A stretch of DNA of 64,000 nucleotides from contig OZ241744.1 of NCBI GenBank assembly GCA_965200965.1, forward strand, positions 1,568,001 to 1,632,000. The letters run 5' to 3'. Below, piece after piece: positions 20,571 through 30,375 of the stretch. The notes under the pieces were generated by a model that was not told the DNA's origin, did no database searches, and saw only the letters and a list, made by a program, of their open reading frames with translations. The translations under genes and the position numbers were made by a program. Position 1 is the stretch's first letter. Each line of letters starts with the position of its first letter. Source of the stretch: an uncultured Candidatus Binatia bacterium. Lineage in GTDB: Bacteria; Desulfobacterota; Binatia; Bin18.

Positions 20571-21539
20571 ATGCCGACTGTTTCATTCATCCAAGCGATC
20601 AACTCAGCCCTGGCCGAAGAACTCAGACACGACCCGCGCACCTTTCTCATGGGCCTTGATGTGTGGGTCGGTGCGTTTGGCGCGACCGGCGGCCTGACCG
20701 ACGAGTTCGGCCCCCAGCGCATCCGCAACGCCCCGATTTCAGAAGCCGGCTATGCTGGGGCCGGGATTGGCGCGGCTATGGCCGGAATGCGGCCGATTGT
20801 CGAAATTGAGTTTGCCAGCTTCTTCTACTGCTGCTGGGATCAAGTGTGCAACCAGGCGGCCAAACTGCGCTACATGTCAGGCGGCCAAGCCGATATTCCG
20901 ATCACCTTTCGGACCGTGTACGGCGCGCTCGGCTCAGCCGCGGCCCAGCACTCAGAGACCGTCTACGCCCAGTTCATGAGCGTACCCGGCCTGAAAATTG
21001 TCGCTCCGTCCGACCCCTACGACATGAAGGGCCTGCTCAAGAGCGCCATCCGCGACAACAACCCGGTGCTGGTCTTTGAGCATATGGGCCTGGGGCGGGC
21101 CAAACAGGAGATTCCCGACCAGGAATATCTCGTATCCATCGGCACAGGCGAGGTCAAACGCGAAGGCTCCGATGTGACCGTGGTCGGGGTCGGCCTGATG
21201 GTCTCCAAAGCCCTCAAGGCGGCCACCGCCCTGGCCGACGAGGGCGTGTCGGTCGAGGTCCTTGACCCGCGCACCCTGGTGCCGCTCGACGAGGACATTA
21301 TTCTCAACTCGGTAGCCAAAACGCACAAAGTCCTGGTAGTTGACGAGGGCCATCTGCGCTGTGGCGCGGCCTCAGAGATTGCCGCGGTGATTGCCGACAA
21401 AGGCTTTGACTCGCTCGACGCCCCGGTCAAGCGGCTGACCGCCTACGATGTGCCTATTCCCTACAGCCCGCCGATGGAAAAATTTGTCCTGCCTGACGAG
21501 CAGAAAATTGCCGCCGCGGTCAAAGAACTCATGGCCTGA
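20571..21539 (+). CDS. acoB: Acetoin/2-oxoacid dehydrogenase E1 beta subunit
   Basis: PISEAG, NQAAKLRYMSGG, AQHS, DPRTLVPLD, LDAPVKR. Confidence 0.85.
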   Translation: MPTVSFIQAINSALAEELRHDPRTFLMGLDVWVGAFGATGGLTDEFGPQRIRNAPISEAGYAGAGIGAAMAGMRPIVEIEFASFFYCCWDQVCNQAAKLRYMSGGQADIPITFRTVYGALGSAAAQHSETVYAQFMSVPGLKIVAPSDPYDMKGLLKSAIRDNNPVLVFEHMGLGRAKQEIPDQEYLVSIGTGEVKREGSDVTVVGVGLMVSKALKAATALADEGVSVEVLDPRTLVPLDEDIILNSVAKTHKVLVVDEGHLRCGAASEIAAVIADKGFDSLDAPVKRLTAYDVPIPYSPPMEKFVLPDEQKIAAAVKELMA

Positions 21540-21568
21540 GCAGCACATACCTAGAGAAGGGAGTTGCC

Positions 21569-22792
21569 GTGGCAGCCGAAGTTGTCATGCCCAAGTTCGG
21601 CCTTACAATGGTTGAGGGCACGATCCAACGCTGGTTCAAAAACGAGGGCGAGGCCATCAACGAGGGCGAGGCCCTGTTTGAGGTTGAAACCGAAAAAGTC
21701 CTCTACGAGGTCGAATCAACGGCGAGTGGTGTGGTTGCCAAACTGCTGTACGGCCTCGAAGCGGTTGTTCCAGTCGGCCTGCCGGTCGCGGTGATTGCCG
21801 AAGCCGGCGAAGACATAGTTGAGGTGGCCGCCGGCTACAGCGACGGCACTCCCGCTGCGCCGGCTACCACCAGCCCGGCAGCCTCCCCGCCGCGGAGCAG
21901 CGGCAGCGCCGCGTCGGCCGCGGCTGACGGCCAACGAACGCCCGTCACCCCCGCCGCCCGCAAACTCGCCGCCCAGCACCACATTGACCCCGCCAGCCTG
22001 ACCGGCACCGGTCCCGGCGGGCGCATCACCAGGGAGGATGTCCAGCAGGCTGTTGACAGCCCCACACCGGCCCCACCGCCAGCCCTAACTCCAGCGGCCC
22101 CAGCCCCCGCGGCAAGCCAGTCAGTCCCGCTGCGCGGGATGCGCAAAGTGATTGCCGAGCGCATGCACAAGAGCCTCCAGAACACCGCCCAGCTCACCCT
22201 GACGACCGAGGTCGATGTGACCCAGCTCATCGAGCGGCGTGAACAAGTCCGGCGCGCCTTCAACACCACCTACAACGACTTCATCATCCAGGCCTGCGCC
22301 CACGCCCTGCTTCAGCATCCGCGTATGAACGCCTCGCTCGAAGGGGACGCGATCCAACTCCATCGCGCTGTCCATGTCGGTTTTGCGGTAGCGCTTGACG
22401 AGGGCTTAATCGTCCCGGTTATCCATGACGCTGACAAAAAGCCGCTCAAGATCATCGCCGAGGAGGCGCGCGCGCTGGCCGAGAAAGCGCGGGCCGGCAC
22501 GCTCAAGCTCGAAGAGGTCAGCCGCGGCACCTTCACCGTTTCAAACCTGGGCATGGCCGGCGTTGACGCCTTTACCCCGATCCTCAACTCGCCCCAGACC
22601 GGGATTCTGGGTGTCGGCCGCATCGGTGACAAACCCGTCGTGTATCAGGGTGAAATCGCCAAACGCTCAATGCTGGTCTTGAGCCTGACCTTTGACCACC
22701 GGGTGATTGACGGCGCACCGGCCGGCGCGTTCTTAGGCAGCGTGGCCGAGTTGCTGTCGCACGGCAACCGCATTGCCCTGGCGGTGGACTAG
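21569..22792 (+). CDS. Dihydrolipoamide acyltransferase E2
   Basis: Lipoyl motif VETEKV, PSBD TPAARKLA..GTGPGGRITREDV, catalytic FDHRVIDG. Confidence 0.9.
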   Translation: MAAEVVMPKFGLTMVEGTIQRWFKNEGEAINEGEALFEVETEKVLYEVESTASGVVAKLLYGLEAVVPVGLPVAVIAEAGEDIVEVAAGYSDGTPAAPATTSPAASPPRSSGSAASAAADGQRTPVTPAARKLAAQHHIDPASLTGTGPGGRITREDVQQAVDSPTPAPPPALTPAAPAPAASQSVPLRGMRKVIAERMHKSLQNTAQLTLTTEVDVTQLIERREQVRRAFNTTYNDFIIQACAHALLQHPRMNASLEGDAIQLHRAVHVGFAVALDEGLIVPVIHDADKKPLKIIAEEARALAEKARAGTLKLEEVSRGTFTVSNLGMAGVDAFTPILNSPQTGILGVGRIGDKPVVYQGEIAKRSMLVLSLTFDHRVIDGAPAGAFLGSVAELLSHGNRIALAVD

Positions 22793-22865
22793 CCTGGGGT
22801 GCAGCCCCACGCACCGGCCAAGCCCTGACTTGTGACCTGAGCCGCGTGCGGGCCGCCCGCGCCCC

Positions 22866-23258
22866 TCAGCCTTCTCCCTCAGCCACTACCTGAGCCTCGG
22901 CCAGCGTCGCCGTATGCGTCAGCGCAAGGTGTAAACGGCGAACGCCGAGCGAGGCGGCGTGGGCTGTGGCCCGACCGGACAGAAGAATCTCCGGCCGTGC
23001 TCCTGGCCGCCGCCTCACCTCAATATCAAGCCAGCCGAGTTGCGCTCCCCAGCCCAGGCCAAGCGCCTTCATGACGGCCTCCTTGGCCGCAAAACGGGCG
23101 GCATAACTCTCGTAGACACCGCTCCCCCGCCGCTCACAGTAGGTCTGCTCGCCAAGCGTAAAGATGCGGTCACGAAAACGCCGGCCGCTGCGCGGATTGT
23201 CAAGGGCGGACCGAATCCGTTCGACCTCGGTCAGGTCAGTGCCAATGGCAACGATCAT
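22866..23258 (-). CDS. acpS: Holo-ACP synthase
   Basis: MIVAIGTD, ARFAAKEAVMKALGLG, LALTH. Confidence 0.9.
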   Translation of the reverse strand: MIVAIGTDLTEVERIRSALDNPRSGRRFRDRIFTLGEQTYCERRGSGVYESYAARFAAKEAVMKALGLGWGAQLGWLDIEVRRRPGARPEILLSGRATAHAASLGVRRLHLALTHTATLAEAQVVAEGEG

Positions 23259-23274
23259 GGACTGCGCCGGGCTT

Positions 23275-25038
23275 TTAGCACGCACCGCAGGTGTGGCAGG
23301 TGCTCACGTCACACGGCGGGGTTTGTCGTCCTGACAGCGCTTTGCGCCACTCAACCCGCAGATAATGTTTGCTGACCGCATGATCGATGAAATCCCACGG
23401 CAACAGCTCATGGGCGTCGTAGCGGCGATGGACAAAGAAATCCGGGTTGGGGCTGAGCGAACACTGGGCGGAGGGCGATGTGGGCGACCGCCGCTGCTGC
23501 TGAATGACCCTCCACCAGTCACCGCCGGCGCGGTGCATCGCCAGCAGCAGCCCCCCGGTCCGGCGGTCGCCCCGAGACAGCAAGGTCTGGTAGTAGGCTT
23601 CGCGGGGCGATTCGGTATCAACCCGTAGCCGCGGCAGGCCGGCCAGCCGCTTGCGGAGCCCGCTCAGCTTGGCCCGCAGGCCGCCGAGCGACTCCATCGG
23701 CTCCCATTGCAGGGGCGTCCACGGCTTGGGCGAGAAGGCGTTGACCGACAGGGTAAGGCTCCCGACGACCGCGCCGCTGGCCCGCACGCGCGCGTAAATG
23801 TTGCGGCTTAAGTCGGCAATCGCCTCAACATCCTCTTGCGCCTCGGTCGGCAGACCAAGCATGAAATACAGCTTGAGCGATTGCACCCCGCCGCCGACCA
23901 GCCACTCGGCGGCGCGTAGGATTTCGGGCTCGGTCAGGTTTTTGTTGATCAGCCGTCGCATCCGCTCTGAGCCGGCTTCCGGGGCCAAGGTGACTGAGTG
24001 ATTCTTATTGTCCCCGAGAGCGGCGGCCAACTCCCGGCTCACCATGTCGGCCTTGAGCGATGAGGGCGAGGCCCGCCCGCCGGCTTGGCCGATGAACTGG
24101 CACAGACCGGCAATCCCTGGCTGGCTGGCCATCTCGGCACCGACTAAGCCGATGGTTGAGCGCTCCTTGAGGCCGGCTGTCACCTGCTGTTTGAGATGTT
24201 CGACGCTCCGATAGCGGACCGGTCGATACATGTAGCCGGCGGCGCAAAAACGGCAGCCCCACTCGCAGCCCCGGCTGGTTTCGATCAGGTACATGTCGCC
24301 GAAGATGGCTTCCGGGGTGAGGAGCTGGGAGCGGGTCGGGGAGGCGTCCAGATCCCGGACCAGTCGCCGGCGCACACTCGGCCGCCCGGGACCGCTGTAG
24401 TCGAGCCGGGTCAAGGGTCCGTCGTCGTCATAGTGGGGCCTGAACTGGGACGGCAGGTAGGCCCCATCTAGGGTGCTCAGATGCTGGAGCCGCTCGGACC
24501 GGCTCAGGCCGGCCGTTCGGAGCTGGGCGTAGCGATCCAGGAACTCTGGAATCATGTCCTCACCCTCGCCGATCAGAAACAGGTCAATAAAGTCGGCGAC
24601 CGGTTCGGGGTTGAGAAAGGTGGCCGGCCCCCCGGCGATGACCAGCGGATGCCGGTCCTGTCGCTCCGCGGCGAGGAGCGACAGGTGGGCGGCGGCCAGG
24701 ATATCGAGGATGTGGAGATAGTCAGTTTCAAAAGACAGGGAGAAGGCTAGGAGCTCGAAATCGGCCAGGGGCCGCTGGCTCTCCAGAGAGGCGAGCGGGG
24801 TGCGGGTTCGGCTCAGCGCGGCGGCTTCGTCGGGGTCGGGCAGAAACGCCCGCTCGCAGCGGCAGTGGGGATCTTGGGAAAAAATCCGGTAGGCGGCCTG
24901 AAAGCCGAGGTTGGCCATCCCAACCGGGTAGCGGTTGGGATAGATCAGGCAGACGGGCGACTCGCCGTCCGGACTAGCTGAGAACAGCCGGGTTTCAGCC
25001 GCCAGACGGCGGCGGGCGCGCTCTGTCGTCAACCACAT
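23275..25038 (-). CDS. Uncharacterised radical SAM protein (B12-binding-like N-terminal region)
   Basis: SRGCEWGCRFC (CxxxCxxC), TLAPEAGSERMR, YFMLGLPTE, C-terminal CxxxxCxxCGAC. Confidence 0.88.
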   Translation of the reverse strand: MWLTTERARRRLAAETRLFSASPDGESPVCLIYPNRYPVGMANLGFQAAYRIFSQDPHCRCERAFLPDPDEAAALSRTRTPLASLESQRPLADFELLAFSLSFETDYLHILDILAAAHLSLLAAERQDRHPLVIAGGPATFLNPEPVADFIDLFLIGEGEDMIPEFLDRYAQLRTAGLSRSERLQHLSTLDGAYLPSQFRPHYDDDGPLTRLDYSGPGRPSVRRRLVRDLDASPTRSQLLTPEAIFGDMYLIETSRGCEWGCRFCAAGYMYRPVRYRSVEHLKQQVTAGLKERSTIGLVGAEMASQPGIAGLCQFIGQAGGRASPSSLKADMVSRELAAALGDNKNHSVTLAPEAGSERMRRLINKNLTEPEILRAAEWLVGGGVQSLKLYFMLGLPTEAQEDVEAIADLSRNIYARVRASGAVVGSLTLSVNAFSPKPWTPLQWEPMESLGGLRAKLSGLRKRLAGLPRLRVDTESPREAYYQTLLSRGDRRTGGLLLAMHRAGGDWWRVIQQQRRSPTSPSAQCSLSPNPDFFVHRRYDAHELLPWDFIDHAVSKHYLRVEWRKALSGRQTPPCDVSTCHTCGAC

Positions 25039-25103
25039 GACGCGACAATCCGTCCAATAGTGTCAGGGCAAGCCACACCGCCAAGTGCGTGCGGCGCGCG
25101 GAC

Positions 25104-26312
25104 TCATTTGGCCTGCTTGCGCAAAAACGCCGGGATATCGTACTTGTCGGTGGCTTCGGTGGCGGGCGTCGTCCCGGCCGGGTCCACGGCCGGGGGGTCG
25201 GCCTGCTGCCTGCGCTGCCAAGTCGGCGTCTCGAGCTCGTCATCGACAAGCGTGCCGAGGTGGACGACTTTGCGCGGTCCGGCCGGGGGTCGCCGGCTCG
25301 CCCGCACCGAGCCGAGCGGCGGCCGGGGGATGGCCGGGGGCCGGTGCTCAAACTCGGCCTCGCCAAAGCCGGTAGCGATGACTGTAATTGAGAGGTCTTC
25401 TCCCATTGACTCATCAATCACCGCGCCGAAGATGATGTTGGCCTCTTCGTCAGCCTCGTCCTGGATGAGCGTGGCTGCCTCGTTGACCTCGTGCAAGGTC
25501 AGGCTCGGTCCGCCGGTCACATTGATGAGCACGCCTTTTGCCCCACGGATAGAAATATCTTCCAGCAGCGGGCTGGCAATCGCCCGGCGTGAGGCTTCCT
25601 CGGCCCGGCCTTCACCGTTGGCCGTTGCCGCCCCCATAATGGCCATCCCCATCTCGGCCATAATCGTCCGCACATCGGCAAAATCGAGGTTAATCAGGCC
25701 GCCGACCGTAATCAGATCGGCAATACCGCGCACCGCTTGGAGGAGCACATCGTCGGCCTTGTGGAAGGCTTCAAGCAGCGGCTGGCTGCGGTTGGCCACG
25801 GCTAGCAGCCGCTGATTGGGAATCGAGATCAGGGTATCGACGTTGTCTTTGAGCTCGCGAATCCCTTCTTCGGCTTGGCGCATACGCTTCCTGCCCTCAA
25901 ACAGAAAGGGTTTGGTGACAACGCCAACGGTGAGCGCTCCGGCCTCTTTGGCGATCCGGGCCACGACCGGTGCCCCTCCGGTACCTGTGCCGCCACCCAT
26001 ACCCGCGGTGACAAAAACCATATCGGCCCCCAGCAGGTGTTCACTGATCTCTTCCTCGCTCTCAATCGTCGAGCGACGGCCGATTTCGGGATTCGCCCCG
26101 GCACCCAGCCCTTTGGTCAACTCGCTGCCGGTCTGAACCTTGGTCGGTGCCAGATTCATGTGCAGGGCCTGGGCGTCGGTGTTCGCGACGATAAAGTCAA
26201 CTCCGACCAAGCCGGCACTGATCATGGTATTGACGGCATTCCCTCCTCCCCCGCCAACACCGACGATGCGGATCTGCGCCCCACCTCTCTCATTCTCCAC
26301 AAACTCAATCAT
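25104..26312 (-). CDS. ftsZ: Cell division protein FtsZ
   Basis: [25 protein letters not shown]-terminal DIPAFLRK. Confidence 0.98.
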   Translation of the reverse strand: MIEFVENERGGAQIRIVGVGGGGGNAVNTMISAGLVGVDFIVANTDAQALHMNLAPTKVQTGSELTKGLGAGANPEIGRRSTIESEEEISEHLLGADMVFVTAGMGGGTGTGGAPVVARIAKEAGALTVGVVTKPFLFEGRKRMRQAEEGIRELKDNVDTLISIPNQRLLAVANRSQPLLEAFHKADDVLLQAVRGIADLITVGGLINLDFADVRTIMAEMGMAIMGAATANGEGRAEEASRRAIASPLLEDISIRGAKGVLINVTGGPSLTLHEVNEAATLIQDEADEEANIIFGAVIDESMGEDLSITVIATGFGEAEFEHRPPAIPRPPLGSVRASRRPPAGPRKVVHLGTLVDDELETPTWQRRQQADPPAVDPAGTTPATEATDKYDIPAFLRKQAK

Positions 26313-26355
26313 CTCGCACCTCCTTGCTGAGTCTCCCCACCGGGAAGCCTACGCG

Positions 26356-27585
26356 CTAAAAAAAATCTCGCATCCACTCCACCACCCGTTCCCAAACGCG
26401 CTGCCATCCTCGACCATAACGGGTAGGCACGATATTGTTCTGCTGTCCTTTCTGTGTGCCAGACAGGATAAGCCCTACACCAGTCGCATACATGGAGCTG
26501 TTCCGCTCGTCAACAAGGCCGTCCAGATACTGCGGCCTGCCGCGCCTAGCGGGCACCCGGAAAATCCGCTCGGCCAGCTCGGGCAGGCCGGCCAGGATGG
26601 CTCCGCCACCGGTCAGCACCAAGCCGGAGCCGAGTTTGTCAAGCAGGCCGGCCATTTCAATCTGCTCCTTGGCCAAGTGGAGAATTTCTTCGGCCCGGGG
26701 TTCGATGATTTCCCCCAAGCGTCGTCGCAGCAGCTGCACCGGCTCACGTCCGCCGAGCCGCGGCAGCTCGATCGTTTCGCCGGGCAGGATCAGATCCATC
26801 AGCGCGCAGCCGTGCTGGTGTTTGAGTTTTTCTGCCTCGGCCAGCGGCGTGCGCAAGCCGGCCGCCAAGTCATTGGTGATATTATGGCCGCCGAGCCGTA
26901 ACACCGCGGTGTGATGGGGCACGCCGTGGGCAAAGACAATCACCCCCGTTGTTCCGCCCCCAATATCGAGCAGGGCTACCCCCATCTCCTTCTCTTCCGG
27001 GGTAAGCACGGCTTCGGCCGCGGCAAGAGCGGTGAAATACAGCCGATGCAGAGCCAGACCGGCCCGCTCACAGCACTTGGTGATGGTGTGGACAGCGCTG
27101 CTGGCCACCGCCACCAGATGGACTGCGGCTTCGAGACGCACTCCGGAGCTGCCAATCGGATTATTACCCCGGTCCTGGCTGTCAACCAGGAATTCTTGGG
27201 GCATAACGTGCAGGATCTCACAGTCGGCGGGCAGGGCGCGGGTGCGGGCCACCTCGATGACCCGACGCAGGTCCTCGGCCCGCACCTCCTGATCTTCGAC
27301 GAGGACGAGGCCCTGGCTGGTAATACCGTCAAGGTAGCCGCCGACAATGCCGCTGCTGACCTCGTGGATGTCGCAGTTGGCCCCGGTTTGGACTTCCTCA
27401 ACGGCTTTCCGAATGGCCCGCACGGTGGTGTCAACGTTGAGAATCATGCCCTTGCGCAACCCCCGGGACAGAGCGCTGCCGACGCCCAGAATCTCCAGCC
27501 CCTCAAGACTCTGCCGGGCCGCAATTACCGTAGTTTTGTAGCTCCCGATATCAAGACTCACCAGGAGAGCAGCATCCTTGGGCAT
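26356..27585 (-). CDS. ftsA: Cell division protein FtsA
   Basis: LDIGSYK, LDIGGGTT, LTGGGA, amphipathic C-terminus, position in dcw. Confidence 0.95.
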   Translation of the reverse strand: MPKDAALLVSLDIGSYKTTVIAARQSLEGLEILGVGSALSRGLRKGMILNVDTTVRAIRKAVEEVQTGANCDIHEVSSGIVGGYLDGITSQGLVLVEDQEVRAEDLRRVIEVARTRALPADCEILHVMPQEFLVDSQDRGNNPIGSSGVRLEAAVHLVAVASSAVHTITKCCERAGLALHRLYFTALAAAEAVLTPEEKEMGVALLDIGGGTTGVIVFAHGVPHHTAVLRLGGHNITNDLAAGLRTPLAEAEKLKHQHGCALMDLILPGETIELPRLGGREPVQLLRRRLGEIIEPRAEEILHLAKEQIEMAGLLDKLGSGLVLTGGGAILAGLPELAERIFRVPARRGRPQYLDGLVDERNSSMYATGVGLILSGTQKGQQNNIVPTRYGRGWQRVWERVVEWMRDFF

Positions 27586-27599
27586 GGTCTTTCTTCTCC

Positions 27600-28442
27600 C
27601 TAGGCAGATCCCACACGGGTCGGAGTCCGGCCGGGAGTCGGCACGGGACGAACCACTACCTGATTCCGAAAGCGGGCGTCAAACACGGCCGCCGGTCCAG
27701 CAACCGGCCAAGTTTCAAGGACCTGCCCGACGCGGGCCAGTTTTTCGGGCCGTGTTTCCCGGCCGACCCGGATCGTGACCTGTCGCTGGGCCAGAAACAG
27801 GGTATAGCCCATATCCTGATCCCAGTGAATTTCAGACAGCTGTTCCCGCCACAGCCGGCTCACCGCCAACAGGCGCGGGACGCCGGCCAGTGCAAGGCGG
27901 GCGGCGGGATCATCCAGCCGCAGGTCGGCCAGACCGCTGACATGAGGCAGGTCAAGACGGCCGGCTGGAAGTTCTGGATCAAAAAAGCAGCCGCCGTGCT
28001 GATCAAGATAGGCTAGCTGCGGGCTTTGGACAACGGCGACAGGTCGGCGGGCCTCGACTCGAATGTGAACGGCGTTGGGCAGCCGGCGGGCGACCGTGGC
28101 CCGGGCGATCCTAGGATGGCTGAGGAGCCGGGTTTCGACCTGCTGGCAATCAAGCTCAAACACCGGCATACCGAAACGAATACCGCTCCAACGCCGGATA
28201 TCAGTCTGCGACATTTGTCCGTCGGTGTGGACGACAATCTGCTGTACGGCAAAATAGGGCTGGTGGACGACAAAGCGGACCAGCGCTGCCCCCCACACCC
28301 ACAGTCCGGCCAACAGACCTATGAAGACTAGCAGCCCACCGCTCCGGCGGAGCCGGCCGAGCGAGCTGGCTGGGCGCGGTCTCAGCGCTGGCAGCGGCAT
28401 CCCTGGGCCGGCTTGAGAAACGGCAGACGGCCTGTGTTTCAC
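27600..28442 (-). CDS. ftsQ: Cell division protein FtsQ/DivIB
   Basis: Single TM plus POTRA-like region (VARRLPNAVHIRVE), DARF..QVVV, located between ddl and ftsA. Confidence 0.85.
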   Translation of the reverse strand: MKHRPSAVSQAGPGMPLPALRPRPASSLGRLRRSGGLLVFIGLLAGLWVWGAALVRFVVHQPYFAVQQIVVHTDGQMSQTDIRRWSGIRFGMPVFELDCQQVETRLLSHPRIARATVARRLPNAVHIRVEARRPVAVVQSPQLAYLDQHGGCFFDPELPAGRLDLPHVSGLADLRLDDPAARLALAGVPRLLAVSRLWREQLSEIHWDQDMGYTLFLAQRQVTIRVGRETRPEKLARVGQVLETWPVAGPAAVFDARFRNQVVVRPVPTPGRTPTRVGSA

Positions 28443-29383
28443 TCTGCCCTCCCGTGGCTCTGGAGACCGGCGCACTGCAAAATAGCCTCGACCAGGGCCC
28501 CATAGTCGAGTCCGGCGTGGGCGGCAATACGCGGCAAATAGCTGAGTTCGGTCAGTCCGGGGAGGGAGTTCACCTCGAGAACAAAAATCTGTCCGTGTTC
28601 GGTCACCCGCGTGTCAACCCGACTATAGCCGCGGCAACCTAGTGCCCGGTGTGCCTCAAGAGCGATCTTCAGCACTTGGTCATACACCTCGGGCGCAAGC
28701 GGTGCGGGCATCAGGAACTCCTCTCGACCGGCCGTATACTTGACCTCGTAGGAGTGAAACTCTCCCTTGGCAATCACCTCCATCGCCCCCAGCGTTTGCT
28801 CGCCCAGAATCCCGACCGTCACTTCTTGCCCGTAAATATAGGCCTCAACCAAGCTGACCGCCTCAAACCGGGACGCCTCGGTCAGAGCGTCGGGCAGGCT
28901 CTGGCCGGACCGAACAATACTCACCCCCATACTCGAGCCCTCGGCACTCGGTTTCACCACAACCGGAAACGACAAGTTGCTCAGCTTCCACTCCGCCGTC
29001 TGTGTGTCTATCACCTCCCAGGCCGGGGTCGGAATCCTGTGGGTCTGCCATATCCGTTTGGCCAGAGGCTTATTCATGGCCAGTGCGCTGGCCAATATAC
29101 CCGACCCGGTATACGGAACTCCCAGCACCTCCAGGACGGCCTGGACCGTGCCGTCCTCACCGAATTTTCCGTGCAGGGCGATAAACGCCACATCGACCTG
29201 GCGCACCTGGGTCAACCATCCGCCGTCGGCCTCAACCTCAATGCTGACCACATCGTAACCGAGGCCGCGCAGCGCTTCACACACCGCGCCACCGGTCCGC
29301 AGCGAAATTTCACGCTCGGCCGACACACCGCCCAGCAGCACTCCAACCGTTTTTTCGCGCCACCGAGGGGTCGTAACGCTCAT
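28439..29383 (-). CDS. ddl: D-alanine--D-alanine ligase
   Basis: GGVSAEREISL, LHGKFGEDG, KPSAEGSS, EVNSLPG. Confidence 0.95.
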   Translation of the reverse strand: MSVTTPRWREKTVGVLLGGVSAEREISLRTGGAVCEALRGLGYDVVSIEVEADGGWLTQVRQVDVAFIALHGKFGEDGTVQAVLEVLGVPYTGSGILASALAMNKPLAKRIWQTHRIPTPAWEVIDTQTAEWKLSNLSFPVVVKPSAEGSSMGVSIVRSGQSLPDALTEASRFEAVSLVEAYIYGQEVTVGILGEQTLGAMEVIAKGEFHSYEVKYTAGREEFLMPAPLAPEVYDQVLKIALEAHRALGCRGYSRVDTRVTEHGQIFVLEVNSLPGLTELSYLPRIAAHAGLDYGALVEAILQCAGLQSHGRAE

Positions 29384-30375
29384 ACCGCCCGCCCCTCGTT
29401 AGACGCGTGAACGGCGAGAGGCGGGCTCCCCTGGTCTCGCTCCCAGTCTCCGACCAGACGGATCTCCGGCTCAAGCCACACCCGCCGCGCGTCCCACACC
29501 GCGCGCTGCACATGTTCCATCAACCGCTTCACCTCAGCCGCCCGTGCACCACCGGCATTCAGAATGAAATTGGCATGCCGCTCAGAGACCCGAGCCTGCC
29601 CACAGCGGGCACCTTTCAGCCCGGCCAGCTCGATCAGACGGCCGGCGTAACCGCCGAGCGGATTTTTGAAAATTGAGCCGGCGTTGGGAGAGCCGTGCGG
29701 TTGGCCGCTCTGACGTTTGGTCTGAGCCCGGTGCATCGCCACCCTGAGCCGCGCCGGCTCCTGACGCCGCAGGCAAAAACAGATTTCGGCCACAATAAAG
29801 CCGGCCGGCAACCGGCTGTGTCGATAGCTAAAGCCGAGATGCCCGGCGGCCAAACAGACCACCCGAGCGGCACGGTCAACGCCCTGGATCATTTCCACCG
29901 CCTGGCTCAACTCCCCGCCAAAAGCGCCCGCATTCATCAGCAGTCCTCCGCCCACGCTGCCGGGTATGCCCTCGGCAAACGCCACCCCGGCATAGCCCTT
30001 GTCCACAGTTTCGCGGACAAAACGGCCCAGCGAACGCCCTGCCCCAACCCGCACCCGCCGCGCGTCCTGCTCAGCTCCGGGCGCACTCCACACGCTATAA
30101 TTAAACCCCTTGCCGAGCTTCACCACAACGCCACGGATGCCCGCATCGCTGACCAGCAGGTTGCTCCCCCCACCCAGGAGAAAAAGCGGCAGCCGTTCAG
30201 CCCGGACAAGCCGCACCACGGCTTGGAGTTCGGCCAGACTGTGGGGCTCGACAAAGATGTCGGCCGGGCCGCCGATCCGAAAGGATGTATAGCGGGACAA
30301 CGCGACGTCACAGCGGACCTGAGACACTTGGCCGGTCAGCAGGGTCAGCAACCGTTTTTTCTGTTCAGCCCGCAC
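29380..30375 (-). CDS. murB: UDP-N-acetylenolpyruvoylglucosamine reductase
   Basis: FRIGGPA, GGGSNLL, MNAGAFG, AGSIFKNP, HANF. Confidence 0.95.
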   Translation of the reverse strand: MRAEQKKRLLTLLTGQVSQVRCDVALSRYTSFRIGGPADIFVEPHSLAELQAVVRLVRAERLPLFLLGGGSNLLVSDAGIRGVVVKLGKGFNYSVWSAPGAEQDARRVRVGAGRSLGRFVRETVDKGYAGVAFAEGIPGSVGGGLLMNAGAFGGELSQAVEMIQGVDRAARVVCLAAGHLGFSYRHSRLPAGFIVAEICFCLRRQEPARLRVAMHRAQTKRQSGQPHGSPNAGSIFKNPLGGYAGRLIELAGLKGARCGQARVSERHANFILNAGGARAAEVKRLMEHVQRAVWDARRVWLEPEIRLVGDWERDQGSPPLAVHASNEGRAV

